From: Prorocentrum cordatum
Taxonomy: Eukaryota
Length of the DNA stretch: 64,000 nucleotides
NCBI GenBank assembly: GCA_963575745.1
Contig: CAUYUJ010000092.1
Coordinates: 496,001-560,000 of the forward strand
Direction: 5' to 3'
Shown here: in pieces, positions 1 to 13,149 of the stretch
How positions within the stretch are numbered: the first letter of the stretch is position 1
How the letters are laid out: each line of letters begins with the position of its first letter
The notes under the pieces: generated by a model
Databases searched by the model: none
What the model saw: the letters and a program-made list of their open reading frames with translations, nothing else
What the model was told of the DNA's origin: nothing
Position numbers and translations under genes: made by a program

Positions 1-977
1 TATAGAGACAAGACTGCATTGGCGCTTCGCGCCATGCACCTTGGTTCTTTAACTTTGGTGTGCAGGCGGAATAGCAGGAAAGTCAAGCCGACAATTTGGC
101 GATAACTCCTTGTTGCCTTTCCCGGAATCGCCGCTATAATAATGTTATTCGTCATCCTTCCTCCATGCTTCTGTTTCTTTCTTTTCGGCATACCCTGCGC
201 GTTCTCCCCATCCTCCGCAGCTCTTTTTTGCGGAGGCTCCTCCTTGGAGAGCCTCTGGGGGCCTCACAAAAGTTGTTTCAGGCTTTCTTAAAGCCTTCTG
301 GAGGCCTCCTGGGCGTATTCTGGGGGCCTCTGGGGGCTTCCTCGGGCCACCCTGCCTCCATCCGCGGTCTCCCTGAACGACCGGGTCACGATTTGGAACG
401 CTTCGGAGGGTGTCTTGGGGCCACCTTGGGCCGCCATGGGGCTCTCTGAGGGCCATCTTGGACTCGTGTTGTGCCGTTTTGGGGCTCTCTTGGACTGCCT
501 GGAAGCCCTTTCGGATGGTTGTGGGCGATTTTGGAGCCTCCCAGGCGGCTTCGGACGCCCAGAAGACCGCCGTCTTGGAGCGTCGGTAAACCGAAAAGAG
601 GAGAACCCCCGAATTCACCAAAAACCAACAGAAAATCAATGATTTGTGCCTCTTAGGGCCTTCTTGGGAGTGCTCTTGGAGGCCTCTTTGGGACCGTCCT
701 TGAGGCCTCTTGGGCCATCTCGAGGTCGCGTCGGTCACTCTTGGAGCGGTCGTGTGCTGTCTTGGGGGTCTCTGGGACGTCTCCGATGACCCCCCTGATC
801 GCCTTAGATGTGCTGGGAAGGCTTGGCAAAACGCCCTGCGAGGCCCGGGGGGCCGCTTCGAGGCCCGTCCAGAGGGTCCCAAAGCCCCAGATCCCCGGAG
901 TCTGGATTTGGTGGGGGAGGGACCCCTTTCGCGTTCCGCCCGGATTGTAAACCAAAATATAGAAGGGAATACATATC

Positions 978-1014
<37 letters not shown>

Positions 1015-1316
1015 GTATACACACACCAAAAGACTGCATTGGCGCTTTGCGCCATGCACCTTGGCCCTTCAGGATCAGCGTGCAAGCGGCAGGCGGGGCG
1101 CGGGAGAAAGAGAGAGAGAGAGAGGGCGAGAGAGAGAGAGATAGAACAACAACAATTACTCCGACGGTAGGACCCCACATGAGAATATGTTTAGCTTACC
1201 CTTTGCCATTTCCTCCTCCTCCTGGCGGACACGCTCTCCTCTCGCCCCCTGCACTGCCCTCTCTTCCCCCTTCGATTTCTCTTCCTCCTCCTCCTCCTTC
1301 TCATCCGAATTCTCCT

Positions 1317-2098
1317 TTCGAACATGAAGGGCGGCCCCCATAGGGAGGGGGCTCCCGCCTGAGACCTTCCTCACAATTCACTCACAGACGAGGCTCCCGC
1401 TGATTTATTTCCTCCTTTATTCAGGGTCTCAAGGGGGGGAAAAAAAACCCCAAAATGACGGCAGTTAATGTTTCGGTGACCGATAGGATTTCGAATTCGA
1501 ACATGAATGCGGGCCCCGGGGGCCATAGGGAGGGGCTCCTCCCCCCTGAGACCTTTTAATCGCAATTCACTCAAAGACGAGGCTCCCGCTCGAGACTTCC
1601 TCCATATTCATATCTCAAGAGCCCAAAAGTGACGACAGTTGCACGTTGCGGATGACCCGCTCGGATTCGAACATGAAGTGCGGGCCCCATAGGGAGGGGG
1701 CTCCCGCCTGAGACTTCCTCACAATTCGCTCACAGACGAGGCTCCCGCCTGCTACTTCCTCCATATTCAGGCCTCAAGAGCCCAAAAGTGACGACAGTTA
1801 CACGTTTCGGATGACCCGCTCGGATTCGAACATGAAGCGCGGGCCCCATAGGGAGGGGGCTCCCGCCTGAGACTTCCTCGCAATTCACTCACAGACGAGG
1901 CTCCCGCTCGAGACTTCCTCCATATTCAGGTCTCAAGAGCCCAAAAGTGACGCCAGTTACACGTTGCGGATGACCCGCTAGGATTCGAACATGAAGTGCG
2001 GGCCCCATAGGGAGGGGGCTCCCGCCTGAGACTTCCTCACAATTCACTCACAGACGAGGCTCCCGCCTGATACTTCTTCCTCCATATTCAGGCCTCAA
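1317..2098. repeat. ~160-bp tandem repeat, about 5 units
   Basis: ttcgaacatgaa...ccatagggagggggctcccgcctgagac recurs at ~1317, 1497, 1666, 1825 and 1985. Confidence 0.9.
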
Positions 2099-2110
2099 GT
2101 CAGCGAGTAG

Positions 2111-2150
<40 letters not shown>

Positions 2151-3163
2151 CGTTCGATGCCGATGATGGTGAGTGATCGTGGGATGGTGATGGTGATGCT
2201 GATGGTGATGAGAATGATGAGTGGGGAGTGATGGTGATGGTGATGATGATGCGGAGGAGGAAGCAAAGAGGAGCAGAGGAGAGGGAGGAGGAGGAGGAGG
2301 AGGAGAGATCCTGCGCGGAGGGTGTGCAAAGAAAACAAGAACCCCACTTAGGATGTGGGGAAAAACAATACCCAAAAGAACGGAGGTTCACTTCTGTAGC
2401 TGCCGCGTCCGGGGTGGCGCGTGCGGGGCTCTTCCGGGTTGTCTTAAAGTCCCTTCTGGACAGTCGTGGGGCCCTTTTGGACCGTTTTGGTGCCCTTGTG
2501 GGCTGTCTCAGCGGGCTCTGGTCGTCGTGGGGTTCTGCTGGGGGCTTCTTGGGGCTGTCTTGGTGCTTTCTTTGGAGTTTTTTGGGGCCGTCTTGGGCCG
2601 TCTCGGGAGTCTCTTGGGCCGTCTTGGGGTCATCTTGGGTCGTCTTGGGACTCGTTGAAGCTGTCTTGGAGCCCTCTTGGGGCTTTGTGGGGGCCTCTGG
2701 ATCCGTTTGAGGGGATCTGGGGGGCATCTTGAACCGTTCTGGAGCCTTGGAAAACAAAAAACGAATCTAGCTGACAATTCCCCCCTAAAGAAGGGAACGA
2801 TCTTGACTTGTCTGGCGTTCTCTTGGGGCTCATCGGGGCGTCTTAGGGGAGTCTCTCCGACTGTCTTGAGCTACTTGGGTGCCTTTTTGGTGCGTTTTGG
2901 GCTGAGGGCGTCTTGAAGCGCTCTTGGGCCGTCTTGGAACCGTAATGGACCTCTTTGGGGCAGTTTTAGGGGCTTCTTGGGCGCCCAGGGTGGTCGAAAC
3001 TCGCTCGGGAGAGGTGGTCCTGTAATAATATCTAGCGCCCCGCATACGCGGATAAGAGTGAAGGGGCGGCGGCGATGTCGGCAAGTTGCGAGACTCTGGA
3101 AAACCCCACCGCAGGCGCCAAAATTATACGAGCTCGCCACAGGCGCCGATTTTTTCGTTAAAC

Positions 3164-3263
3164 NNNNNNNNNNNNNNNNNNNNNNNNNNNNNNNNNNNNN
3201 NNNNNNNNNNNNNNNNNNNNNNNNNNNNNNNNNNNNNNNNNNNNNNNNNNNNNNNNNNNNNNN
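3164..3263. other. Assembly gap (100 N)
   Basis: Run of n. Confidence 1.
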
Positions 3264-3668
3264 TCCTCCTCCTCATCCTCCTACTCCTCCTCCACCTCCT
3301 TCTTCGTTTCTTGTGTTTCCTCCTCCTCGTCCTCCTCCTCCTGCTCCTCCTCCTCCTCCTCCTCCTCCTCCTCCTCCTCCCCCTCCTCCTCGTCATCCTC
3401 CTCCTGCTCCTCCTGCTCCTCCTGCTCCTCATCCTCCTCGTGCTTGGGGTCGTGCCAGGCGGATCTCGGGCGGGCGGGGTAAGGAGTGGGGGGAGGGCGA
3501 GGACGATGATGATAACGACGACGGTGACGATGACGATGTATTCAAGCCGCCGCGGCGCCGACAACTCACGGAAGAATGGAGGCAAAATGACGGCCAATCG
3601 TCGCAACCACGTCCGCGGAACGCGGGCGACGTCAGAAGTGGTAAAGTTGGGCCCAGATCGGCTCGGCT

Positions 3669-6600
3669 CTAATGGAGGCCTACGTCGAGACCAGCCCATA
3701 GCCGGATTTTCTTGTCAGCCTTGGGCGAGCCTGTAGAATCGGCAGGGTTGCCGAGAGCACGCAGGGCGTCTCTCAACTTCTGCAGCTGAGATTCGACGAA
3801 TCGGGCGCGGTGGGGTTCTTTGAGGTGAAACCCTGCCCGACGCATTCTGCACACCGTCCACGCCCGCAGCACCAGAAATGAAACGACTGGCTTGCCCGCA
3901 GATTTGTCCTCACCAAAATGGTGGCACGTGACAGTCTTGGACAAGGCCTTGGTCCCCATGCCGTGGGCCCCCCGCCACCGCGGGCTCACTCGGACTTTTA
4001 CGTCTGGCCAGGCTGGATTGTTAGAGTATGTAAAATAACCGTTGCTCTCGAGCACCCAGGACCCTGGAGGCGCCCTCTCGTCCACAGCACCTGGAGCTTC
4101 TGCTCCCGACCCTGACCCGTCCTCTGCCGCGTCGTCCGACCCGTCCTCTGCACCGCCGTGGCACTCCTCTACCTCGTCCTCGGCCTCCTGCTCCAGGCTA
4201 TCCGCGCAGGACTGGAGATCGGAGGAGGCCACCGAGACGCGGTCGTCATCTTGGTCGGGCTGGCCCTCCCCCTCTGCTCCTCTGGTTGCCGTGCGTTGCG
4301 CCGCATCTTCCTTGACTTCGTAGGCATGCGCAATTGAAAATACGATCCCCGTGTCGGAGGCGCGGTCGATGGAGACTGTCAGGCGGGCCACGAGCAAGTC
4401 GGCCGAGATGTCTACACCTCGGCTGTGCAAGACGTCCGAAACAGGGGCCGCACGAGCCTGCAGAGAAGGGATGTCCAAGAGGAAGCGGCGGCGGGCCACT
4501 GCAACTAAAGGAATGGCCCAACAGCAAGACAAAAGCGAGCAGGCAAACATAACCACGCTGCCGCGCGTGTGGGGCGGAGCAAGCGACCGAACCCCGACGC
4601 TGTATAACCCAGGAGGGCAAGCCAGGAGCTTCCGAAACCACATGTGCATGATGCATTCCTGGCCGACTGGCTGGAGACGGGGCGCTGGAGGCAGATCGCC
4701 CATCGGGACCGCCTGCCGGTTCAACGAACGCCGCTCGGCCGTGGCAGTTTTCAGCAGCCCCCGCCACTCGGCGTCGTTGCCGCACATCCACTCCACCCAC
4801 TCGTGCACGTCCCACGGCATCTGGGCTTCGGACGCGGTCTCCTCCTTGTGGGCGTCCCGCATCGCCTTCGCTGCCTTGCGCAAGCGGACCTGATGCTGCG
4901 CCTTGTAGGCGCGAAGAGCGGCCGCGTCCCCCTGATGGACAATGGCTCGTTGCTGGCGTTTGGGCACATGGGCCTCGTGCCTGAGGGGGCACAATACAAG
5001 CGCTGGTACAATGAAGGGAAGGCGCTTTCATCCCGCGGCCTCAACTTCCCGCGGGCGCGAGGGAAGAGCCGTTTCGTCTCCTTGACCGCCAGGGCGTGGT
5101 AATTCACGGTGCTGACCTGGGAGCCCCCGCGCAGGAAAGCTGACATTGGGATTCTGGCCGGGGGGGGGCTGGAACGAGACATCAGGGGCGAGGGCGGGAG
5201 GGCGTCTTGTGGCCCTGAAGACCTTCCTGCTCTTCTTGGCGCGCGTCGCCCGCAATTCCAGATCGCGGCGCCTTTTAATCCCATATCTCTGAAGGATGGA
5301 GTTGCGGCTGGCTCTCGCCACCGTAGTCATTTTGACTGTTTCTCCTTGTTTGCTCTGCTTATGCCGCCGCTCGGCCTCGAGACTGTTTGTGGAAGCGGTT
5401 TGCGCGATCTGGACGAGCTCCGCTTGGACATCTGGTCGGAGCCTGGGCGGGCAAAACTGCGGGGTCGGTGACAATGCCCCCTCCCCTCCAAAAAAAGGTT
5501 TTCTGCCGCCGCGCGCGCAACCTATGGCGCAACCTGGCTGGCCCTGATTGGAGCCGACGGGGTGCTGTCTGAGTCGGGCCGAAGAGGCCCTGACTGGCTT
5601 TGGCGCCCCAGCGACTGGAAATTGTTTGCCCGTCCGTGTTCTGGGTTTTGTTTGCGGGGCGAGCAGGGGTGGGGGGGTGGGGGGAGGGCGGGCCCCAGTG
5701 GAACAAGAAAGCCACCGCCTCTGCTGGCGATCTGCCGCGCAGAGCGCGCTTCCGAAGGAGAATCGAATAGCCCGCGTCGAGCTCGGACTCGTCGCAGAGT
5801 ACGAAAGTATCCAACTCATCGGGGTACCTGGGAGGGCGGTGGCCGATTGCCCAATGGTTTTTACGGCCCCCGCCAGAAAAAAACAAAAGGAATTGACGCA
5901 ACCAGCAAATACAAACACCGGCGCGCCGAAAAAGAATGGGAAATGACGCAGCGAGGCGGCGGCGGCGACGGCAACGGGGCGAATATATAGCTGGCGAGGA
6001 CCCTCCTGGGCCTGGGCCCCTTTCTGCGGCAAAGTCGCGCAAGCAATCGGCCCCCGCCCAGGGGCGCCCAGACGGATTGAAGATCTTGGTGAGCGCCCAG
6101 AGGCGCGCGGGGTAGCGCTCGTACTGCGCGAAGCGCACTCTGATATGACACCAAGTCGCGAGGAGGGCGGTGGTACAATCCAGCACGTCGATGGCCGGGT
6201 CCGCCCGAATGCACCCGAGCATCGTTTCCAACTCCTCCCCTGTGCGCCGCTGGACGACCCCCTTGCCAAGTTGCACCAGCACTGGCTCCTGGTCAGGGTC
6301 ATCGGGCGCTGGCGTTTTGCGCGCCGACAGCGAAACTGCCAAGAGACTGAGGCGCAAGCACAGGCACACCTTGCGCAAGTGTTTGTCCTCGGAGGGGTCG
6401 CTGAGATACTGCTGCACTGCGTCCAGCCGCTTCGAGTTTTGCTTCTGAGCAACGACCCTGCCAGTGTGAAGTATTGCTGCTGGCACGCCGAGGAGGCGCC
6501 AACGAAGCAGACAAAATATGCAGTCGGAAAATGTAAAGAAGCGCGTCACAATTGGACGGTCGTCCACGCGCAGCATGTATTTGGACAACAAGTGGTAGGC

Positions 6601-8822
6601 CTGCTCGTGCGCCGCACCAGCGTGGTCCGCCTCGGACGCATGCTGGAAGGCATCGAAGCCTGCCGTCCAGAAGGCCACGAACTCATCAGGCAAGGCGCGC
6701 TTTCCATAGAGATCCTGCAACTTCACGCTGCTCTCGGGCAACGGAACCTCGGGAGAGGAGGTGATCACCTCGAGCTTGTCCACTGCGTGGCGCCGCAGGT
6801 TGCGATGAAACTCGGATTGGTAGTCAGGTACTAAATACTTAAAGAGCCTCGAACAAGTCCCCAAGAGCCGATCTGTCTGCACGGGGCGCGGCGTGATCTT
6901 GCCGCATATTCCAGCCTGCACCACCAGGTTGGCAGCGTGAGAGCTGCACACGAAAACAATCATGTTGTAGGAGCAACGGAAAGTAAGGCGAGCCTCCGCA
7001 ACAAGATGTCGGTATGCCCTCTTGCAAGCCGCGGCGTTGGTCCCAACGCCGTCCCCGACCACGATGTGGACCACGCGCAAGCGGGGGCCTGTGCAATCGC
7101 GGCCGCTTGGCTTCAACCCTTCCCGCAGAGCACCGATCACGTCGGTGGCCCTCTGGATGATGGTTGTGGCGATCGTCGGGGCGTCCTTGCGGAGCATGGG
7201 CTCCAGCTCGGTGTATACCTCGATCGGCTGGCTCGCACTGCCAACGCCGACCTGAACCTCCATGGCATGTCCCTGGATTTTGCTTGATCGGGCGCGGATC
7301 ACGCCCCCATTCAATCGGTACTTCTCGTCGGCCTCCAGCTCGAATGACTTCATCCGCATGTTAGCCTCGTCGTGCAGGTGGAGCAGAAGAGCGGTCGGCG
7401 TCTCCCCAACTGCCGACGCGCCAGCGGCGCGAGAGATTTCGGCTCGGTTCATTCTCTTGACCACCTCCACAAAAGCGTCGCGGCACTCCGATATTTTCGT
7501 CTGCCCTGCAAACGGAATCGGCCGAACAAACCCCACGAGACCCATTGCCCGTGCTGGCCAATGTGTATAGGAGAGGCCCGTCTGGTTACCGTGACTCGCA
7601 AATCAAGGTTGCGACGGTTCGGCCGCATTTTCGAGGGGGGCGCCGTTGCGACAGAATCTGGCTAGCGCGACCCGAAATCAAGGTTGCGACGATTCGGCTG
7701 CGTTTCCGAGGGGGGCGCCGTTACGACAGAATCTGGCTAGCCCGACCCACAAATCAAGGTTGCGACGATTCGGCTGCATTTCCGAGGGGGGCGCCGTTAC
7801 GACAGAATCTGGCTAGCGCGATCCGCAAATTAAGGTTACGACGATTCGGCTGCATTTCCTAGGGAAGCGCCATTACAACATAATCTGGCTATTGCGACCC
7901 AGAAATCAAGGTTGCGACGTTTCGGCTACAATTCCGAGGGCAGCGCCGTTACGACAGAGTCTGCTTACCCCACATTTAATCGAATCTGGACAATGAGCGC
8001 ATGGCCGGAATGTTCTATTTTTTGGGGCGCTTCGGCCCCACCCTGCAGCACCCCGTCGATAGCGACAATACGACGGCAATTATCTGATAACGGAAAAATC
8101 CAGCTCGCTGCCAAAACGTGACAGTATCCTTATCGTTTGGACCGAGGAAGGGCAGCAGGTATAAAGGGTAAGCACGCGATAAAAGGAATATGTGGGGGTC
8201 ACACACAGTCAGGAGAGCACGCGAGGACATCTGACCATCTGGGCATGGGTGTCGCGCAGTTCGGGTGTTCAACCCATCCCAGCCTATTTGGCTTGTCTGG
8301 TCGATGGAGAAATCGCGGCACCATGCCGCGACTGCCGCTGCTGGTATAGTAGGTCTCGAGAGCGCCACTCGAGCGAACCACAAATTGTCTATCCTGTTCG
8401 CGGTCCTCTGTCCCCGCTCTTTCTTCAGCGCGCCGTCCTGGCCGCAGACACAAACCCCGAACTGGTCCCCGACGGCCCCTCCCCCCGAAAACGCCGAATC
8501 CCTACAGGGTAAGGTCGAACGATTTTTCAAACCAGGAGTCCGCTCGTTTCTTCTTGTGCCGCAGGCGCCTGACGCGGGCGAGCAGGCGATGCCTCTCTCC
8601 CCCGCCTCCAGTCGGGGCAGCCTTCCGGCCACGCTTCTTCGGGGCGTCGAAGCGCGCCGCCAAAGAAGCGCGGAGCCGATCCAGACCGTCCACTACATCC
8701 TGCGGCCGCCTTTCGTGCGGCAGCGCGTGCAGGGCTGCAGCGAAGCCCTGCAAGTGGGAAGCTAAAGCCTTGGCTTGCTCAGCCAGGGAGGCGTTGGGGG
8801 CACGCACGGCCCCGCCTGACAT
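3669..8822 (-). CDS. Spliced DDE transposase-like gene (hAT/P/Kolobok-type CxxH class), ~1207 aa. Exons 8822-8541, 8437-8284, 7505-6068, 5827-5696, 5442-5214, 5116-5040, 4980-3669
   Basis: Seven exons total 3624 nt in a continuous frame. Donors are GA,GC,GC,GG,GC,GC and all acceptors are AG|G. Motifs in order: HLHDEA (D1), VVGDGVGTN (D2), CSSHAANL (CxxH), TNSLEAERRH (E). Element termini were not identified. Confidence 0.78.
7600..7960. repeat. ~75-bp minisatellite (5 units) inside intron 2 of the hAT-like transposase gene
   Basis: aaatcaaggttgcgacgattcggctgc...gacagaatctggctag at ~7600, 7675, 7751, 7827 and 7902. Confidence 0.9.
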
Positions 8823-9369
8823 TTTGAGCCAGGAGCTATGCGCAAACGCGCGCGCCGTTCGACGTGCGAGCCACGAAACACTATACAACCTTACGTCTTC
8901 TTGTTCCTCCCACCCCTTCCCCCGCCCCTCCCCCTTCACCTCCTATTACTGGGGGCGGACGTTGCGACGCTATGGTTTTTTTGGGGGGTCGCGGAGCCCC
9001 TGCTCCGACGCGGATGGATTCGCGATTCGCTACCAGCCCAGAAGGGGGCGCCTGCGTCGAACCTCGACGGACCCGTTTCCCCTTTTCCCCTCCTCCCGCC
9101 CTTCCCCAGGATCTGACGCACCCTCCGCTGGCAACCCCTGCGGGCGCCCTGGGCCCCTCCCCGAGGCCCGACGCCTGGAGCACGGAAACTCACCCTGGGA
9201 TCCCCGAGCGACAGATTTGCACGAGCCCGGCCGCGGCGACGATGAGCACCCTACGGAGCAACGATAATTGCAAGAATAATCCCGAGCCCAAAACCTCAAT
9301 CCTCGAAGCTCGCCCAGCCGCCGAGACGGCCGCCCGACGACGACGACGACGACCACGACGACGACGATC

Positions 9370-9441
<72 letters not shown>

Positions 9442-10367
9442 GCGGCGGCGGCAGTCGCGGCGGCAGTCGCGGCGGCGGCGGCGGCGGGACGCCAGAGCCA
9501 GGGCCGCCGCAGCGCCGCCGTCGTCGTCGCCGCCGTCGTAGTCGCCGTCGCCGTCGTCCTCCTCCTCCTCCTGCTCCTCGTCCTCCTCTTCCTCCCCGCC
9601 CTCGTCCTCGTCCTCGACCTCGTCCTCCTCCTCCCCCTCCTCCTTCTCCTGCTCATGCTCCTTCTCCTGCTCCTCGTCGTCCTCCTCCTCCTCCTCCTCC
9701 CCCTCCACCATCTCCTCTCACTGTAAATAGTTTCCGCTGTCGCGCCACCAGACGCGCGTTTACGGAGGGCCGGGCGCTTCGCCCGAGCTCGCCTCGCCAC
9801 TTATAACCATGAACCTGAACATTGTGCAACAACTGCGAGGATCGAGGGCGGGCGGTGTTCAAAATGGAGCTCTCGCCTACGCGCAGCGGACATTCGTCTT
9901 AAAAGTTTGCAACGATAACACGAATCGGGAGCGGGCCGTTTTCAAAATGGGGCTCTCGCCTGGGCGCCTGGGGGCTCCCAAAAAGCCCCGAGGAAGCCCC
10001 CAAGAAGCCCCGCGAGGCACCGAGAAGCCACGAGCTGGCCTCCAAGAGGCCCTCGAGAAACCTGGGGGGTGCCCCAAACATTCCCCCGAGAGACCTCCCA
10101 TGATAAACGATATCCCAATGAACATCCAAGAGGCCTCAACCCAGGCACGTTGGCGGAACTTGCAGCTGGCAGGTGGGCACGATTGCCCTGCAAACGCGTC
10201 GCCCCCTGGCGTGTCGAAGTGTTGTGCGCAGGCGCGCTCGCAAACTCACATTACGGGCTGAATCGATGCAACACGTCGGTCCGACGTCGATCCGACGTGA
10301 ACCCGTCACCGACCCGCAATTGGGAGTCCCCGAGAGGCTTCCAGAAGAGCGCACATCATTATCATCT

Positions 10368-10617
10368 TACTACTACTACTTCTACTACTTATCATCTTAC
10401 TTCTTCTTCTCCTACTACTACTACTGCTACTACTACTACTACGACTACTACTACTGCTGCTGCTGCTTCTTCTTCTGCTGCTACTACTGCTGCTGCTGCT
10501 GCGACGACTACTACTACTACGACTACACCTGCTACTGCTACTACTGCTACTATACCTGCTACTACTATTACTACCACGGTTATTATTATTACTACTACTA
10601 CTTCTTCTACTACAACG

Positions 10618-10652
<35 letters not shown>

Positions 10653-10695
10653 GACTACTACTACTACTACTACTAGTACTACTACTACTACCATG

Positions 10696-10762
<67 letters not shown>

Positions 10763-10875
10763 CACGACTACTACTACTACTGCTACTACTACTACTATAC
10801 TACTATACTCAGCTACTACTACTACTACTTACTACTACTACTACTACTACTACGACTACGACTACTACTACTACT

Positions 10876-10933
<58 letters not shown>

Positions 10934-10934
10934 G

Positions 10935-11014
<80 letters not shown>

Positions 11015-11080
11015 CTACTAGACTACTACTACTACTATACTACTACTACTACTCTACTACTACTACTACTACTACTACTA

Positions 11081-11174
<94 letters not shown>

Positions 11175-11236
11175 GTACTACTAGTACTACTAGTACTACC
11201 ACTGCCACTGCTACTACTACTACTACTACTACTACT

Positions 11237-11271
<35 letters not shown>

Positions 11272-11297
11272 TACTACTACTACTACTACTACTACTA
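10368..11297. repeat. (TAC)n microsatellite, ~930 bp, imperfect
   Basis: Directly visible. Confidence 0.97.
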
Positions 11298-13149
11298 GGA
11301 AAAAAACGTGGCTTTTGCCACCGGATTTCGAGGAGGACTCTAAGGATTCCGTCGGATTTCTTGGGTTTCCTCGGGGCTCCTCAGGATTATTCATGATACT
11401 TTAAGATACCACGGGTTTCCAATGGATTCAAACGGATTCTGAAGGGTTCTTCAGGATTCCTCAGGGTACCTCGTGACCTCTCATGATTCCTCTGGCGTCC
11501 AGTGGGCTCCAAAAGACTGCTTTGGACCCTCAAGGTTCGTCAATCTTCGTCATGTTTCCCCCTAGTTCTTCAAGATCCCGTCGGATTCTTCAGGATTCCT
11601 TAATTTGTTCTTTCAGGACTCTCGGATCCGTCCGGACTCCGTCGGAAAGAGTTCTTCAGGACTCCAGAAATCCGCAAGAGTTCGTCAGGTTTCCTCGGCA
11701 GTCCCGCAGGGCTCTTCATAGTTCTACTGAACAAGTCACGACTTCGCATATGTTCTCTGGATTCCCAAAGCGCTCCATTTCCCTGATGGATTCCTTTGGC
11801 AATTCGCTACAAGACCGAGAGACCCCCGCGTGGCGGCCGCATGCCATACTTCGGCGGGAATTCATTTGGCCTTGGTTAGCTCCGGCCAGACCACGTTGCC
11901 GCTTGCCCTTTTCGGCGGGAATTCGGGCGGTCTCGGCTAGCCCCGACTAGCCCCGTGTGGGCGCTTGCCTTGCCTCTGGTTGGCAATCATCAACACCAGC
12001 GGCCTCACACGACTGTTTGCCTTGCTTCGGCAAGAATTCGGCTGGCCGCACTAAGCCCCGAATATTCCCGCGTGGCCATTGCCCTGAGGCCGGCCCAAAT
12101 TGGCAAGCGGGTGGTATTAGGCAATGACTAACAGCACTCCTGCAGCTGGTGGTCGTATGGCTTCGGCAGGACTCTCTAACAAAGGGGGGAGGGATGGAAA
12201 AGGGTTAAGAGGGCGGGACAAATGATCGGGAGGCGAGGGAAGGAGGTGAAGGCTCCCGCAGCAAAAATCGTCTCATTCCCTCAGGAAAGCGTGCATGTTT
12301 AACATATCCGCCTCTTCGTCTTTCACACCTTTCAAGGCGGTCCAAGAGGCCCCCAAGATCACCTCAAGACGGCCCGAGCGCTCCAAGAAGGCCCAAGAAA
12401 CCCTCAAGACGGTCCAAGAGGCCCCAAGACGGCCCCATGATTGAGGTCCACAGGGGCAACCTGAACGGAAATTTTGAGCCTCCCGCCCAAACACGCCCCC
12501 GAAATGCCCCTACAAGCCCCCAAGTAGCCCCACGAAGCCCCCAAGAGAGCCCCAAGAGGCCCCCAACAGGCCGCAAGAAAGCCCCAAGAGGCCCCCAAGA
12601 GACCCCCAGGAAGCTCCCAGGAGGCCCCCAAGAGGCCAGGCAGACCCCCCCCAAGAGACCACCAAGAGGGCCCACCCAGAGCCATCCACGAGGCCTCCCA
12701 AAGTTCCCAAGAAGCTCCCACGAAGCTTCCAAGGGCTCCCAAGACCCCCCAAGACCCCGCGATGGCACAATACGGGCCGGCGGAATGAGCGAAGCGATTT
12801 AATAATCGGGAGGCGAGGGAAGGAGGTGAAGAGGGCGGGGTAGACACGTGCATGGAAGAGAGAGAGAGAGAGAGAGAGAGAACGAAAACAAACAAACAAA
12901 AGCAACAAAACACACAACACAACAGGAAACGGGGAAACGGGGAAACGGACAGGGAGAAGGGGGCAAAAGGCGAGAAGAGGGTGGCACATGGAAAGGGGGA
13001 ACGAGCGCTTTTTAAGGACGGGGGGTACCCTCGCCTCCCCTCGCCCCCCCCCGTCCCCCTCGCCCACCCCCAATCAGCACCTCTCGTCCGAGCGGAGGCG
13101 GCGGGGTCGTCGATGGGGGAGCGGCGCAGCGCCCCCCCCAGCGGCGGTC

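Noticed and set aside
96..3140. Numerous 60-300-aa ORFs over the gggccctcttgg-type repeats (also 9800-10260, 12270-12800, 16300-17760, 19150-20120, 39570-40890)
   Set aside because: Stop-poor GC-rich repeats, overlapping in all frames, with no domain motifs.
7600..7960. Regularly spaced repeats resembling a CRISPR array (also 1317-2098 and 23190-24670)
   Set aside because: Whole units repeat with no unique spacers, there are no cas genes, and the context is eukaryotic and intronic.
3264..10360. TIRs/TSD for the hAT-like gene
   Set aside because: Only weak similarity between ~3450-3470 and ~9160-9185. The left flank runs into low-complexity sequence and an assembly gap.
10069..11394. Poly-T/Y/L/V/S ORFs, and similar poly-P/E/R/G ORFs at 9030-9800, 53956-54917, 58682-59579 and 61777-63445
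   Set aside because: Translations of trinucleotide microsatellites.
1..13149. Further exons of the GT4 gene (expected EF...DV.L and E.FG.P..EA motifs)
   Set aside because: No convincing candidate seen. They are probably left of the window, in the gap, or too short to recognise by eye.
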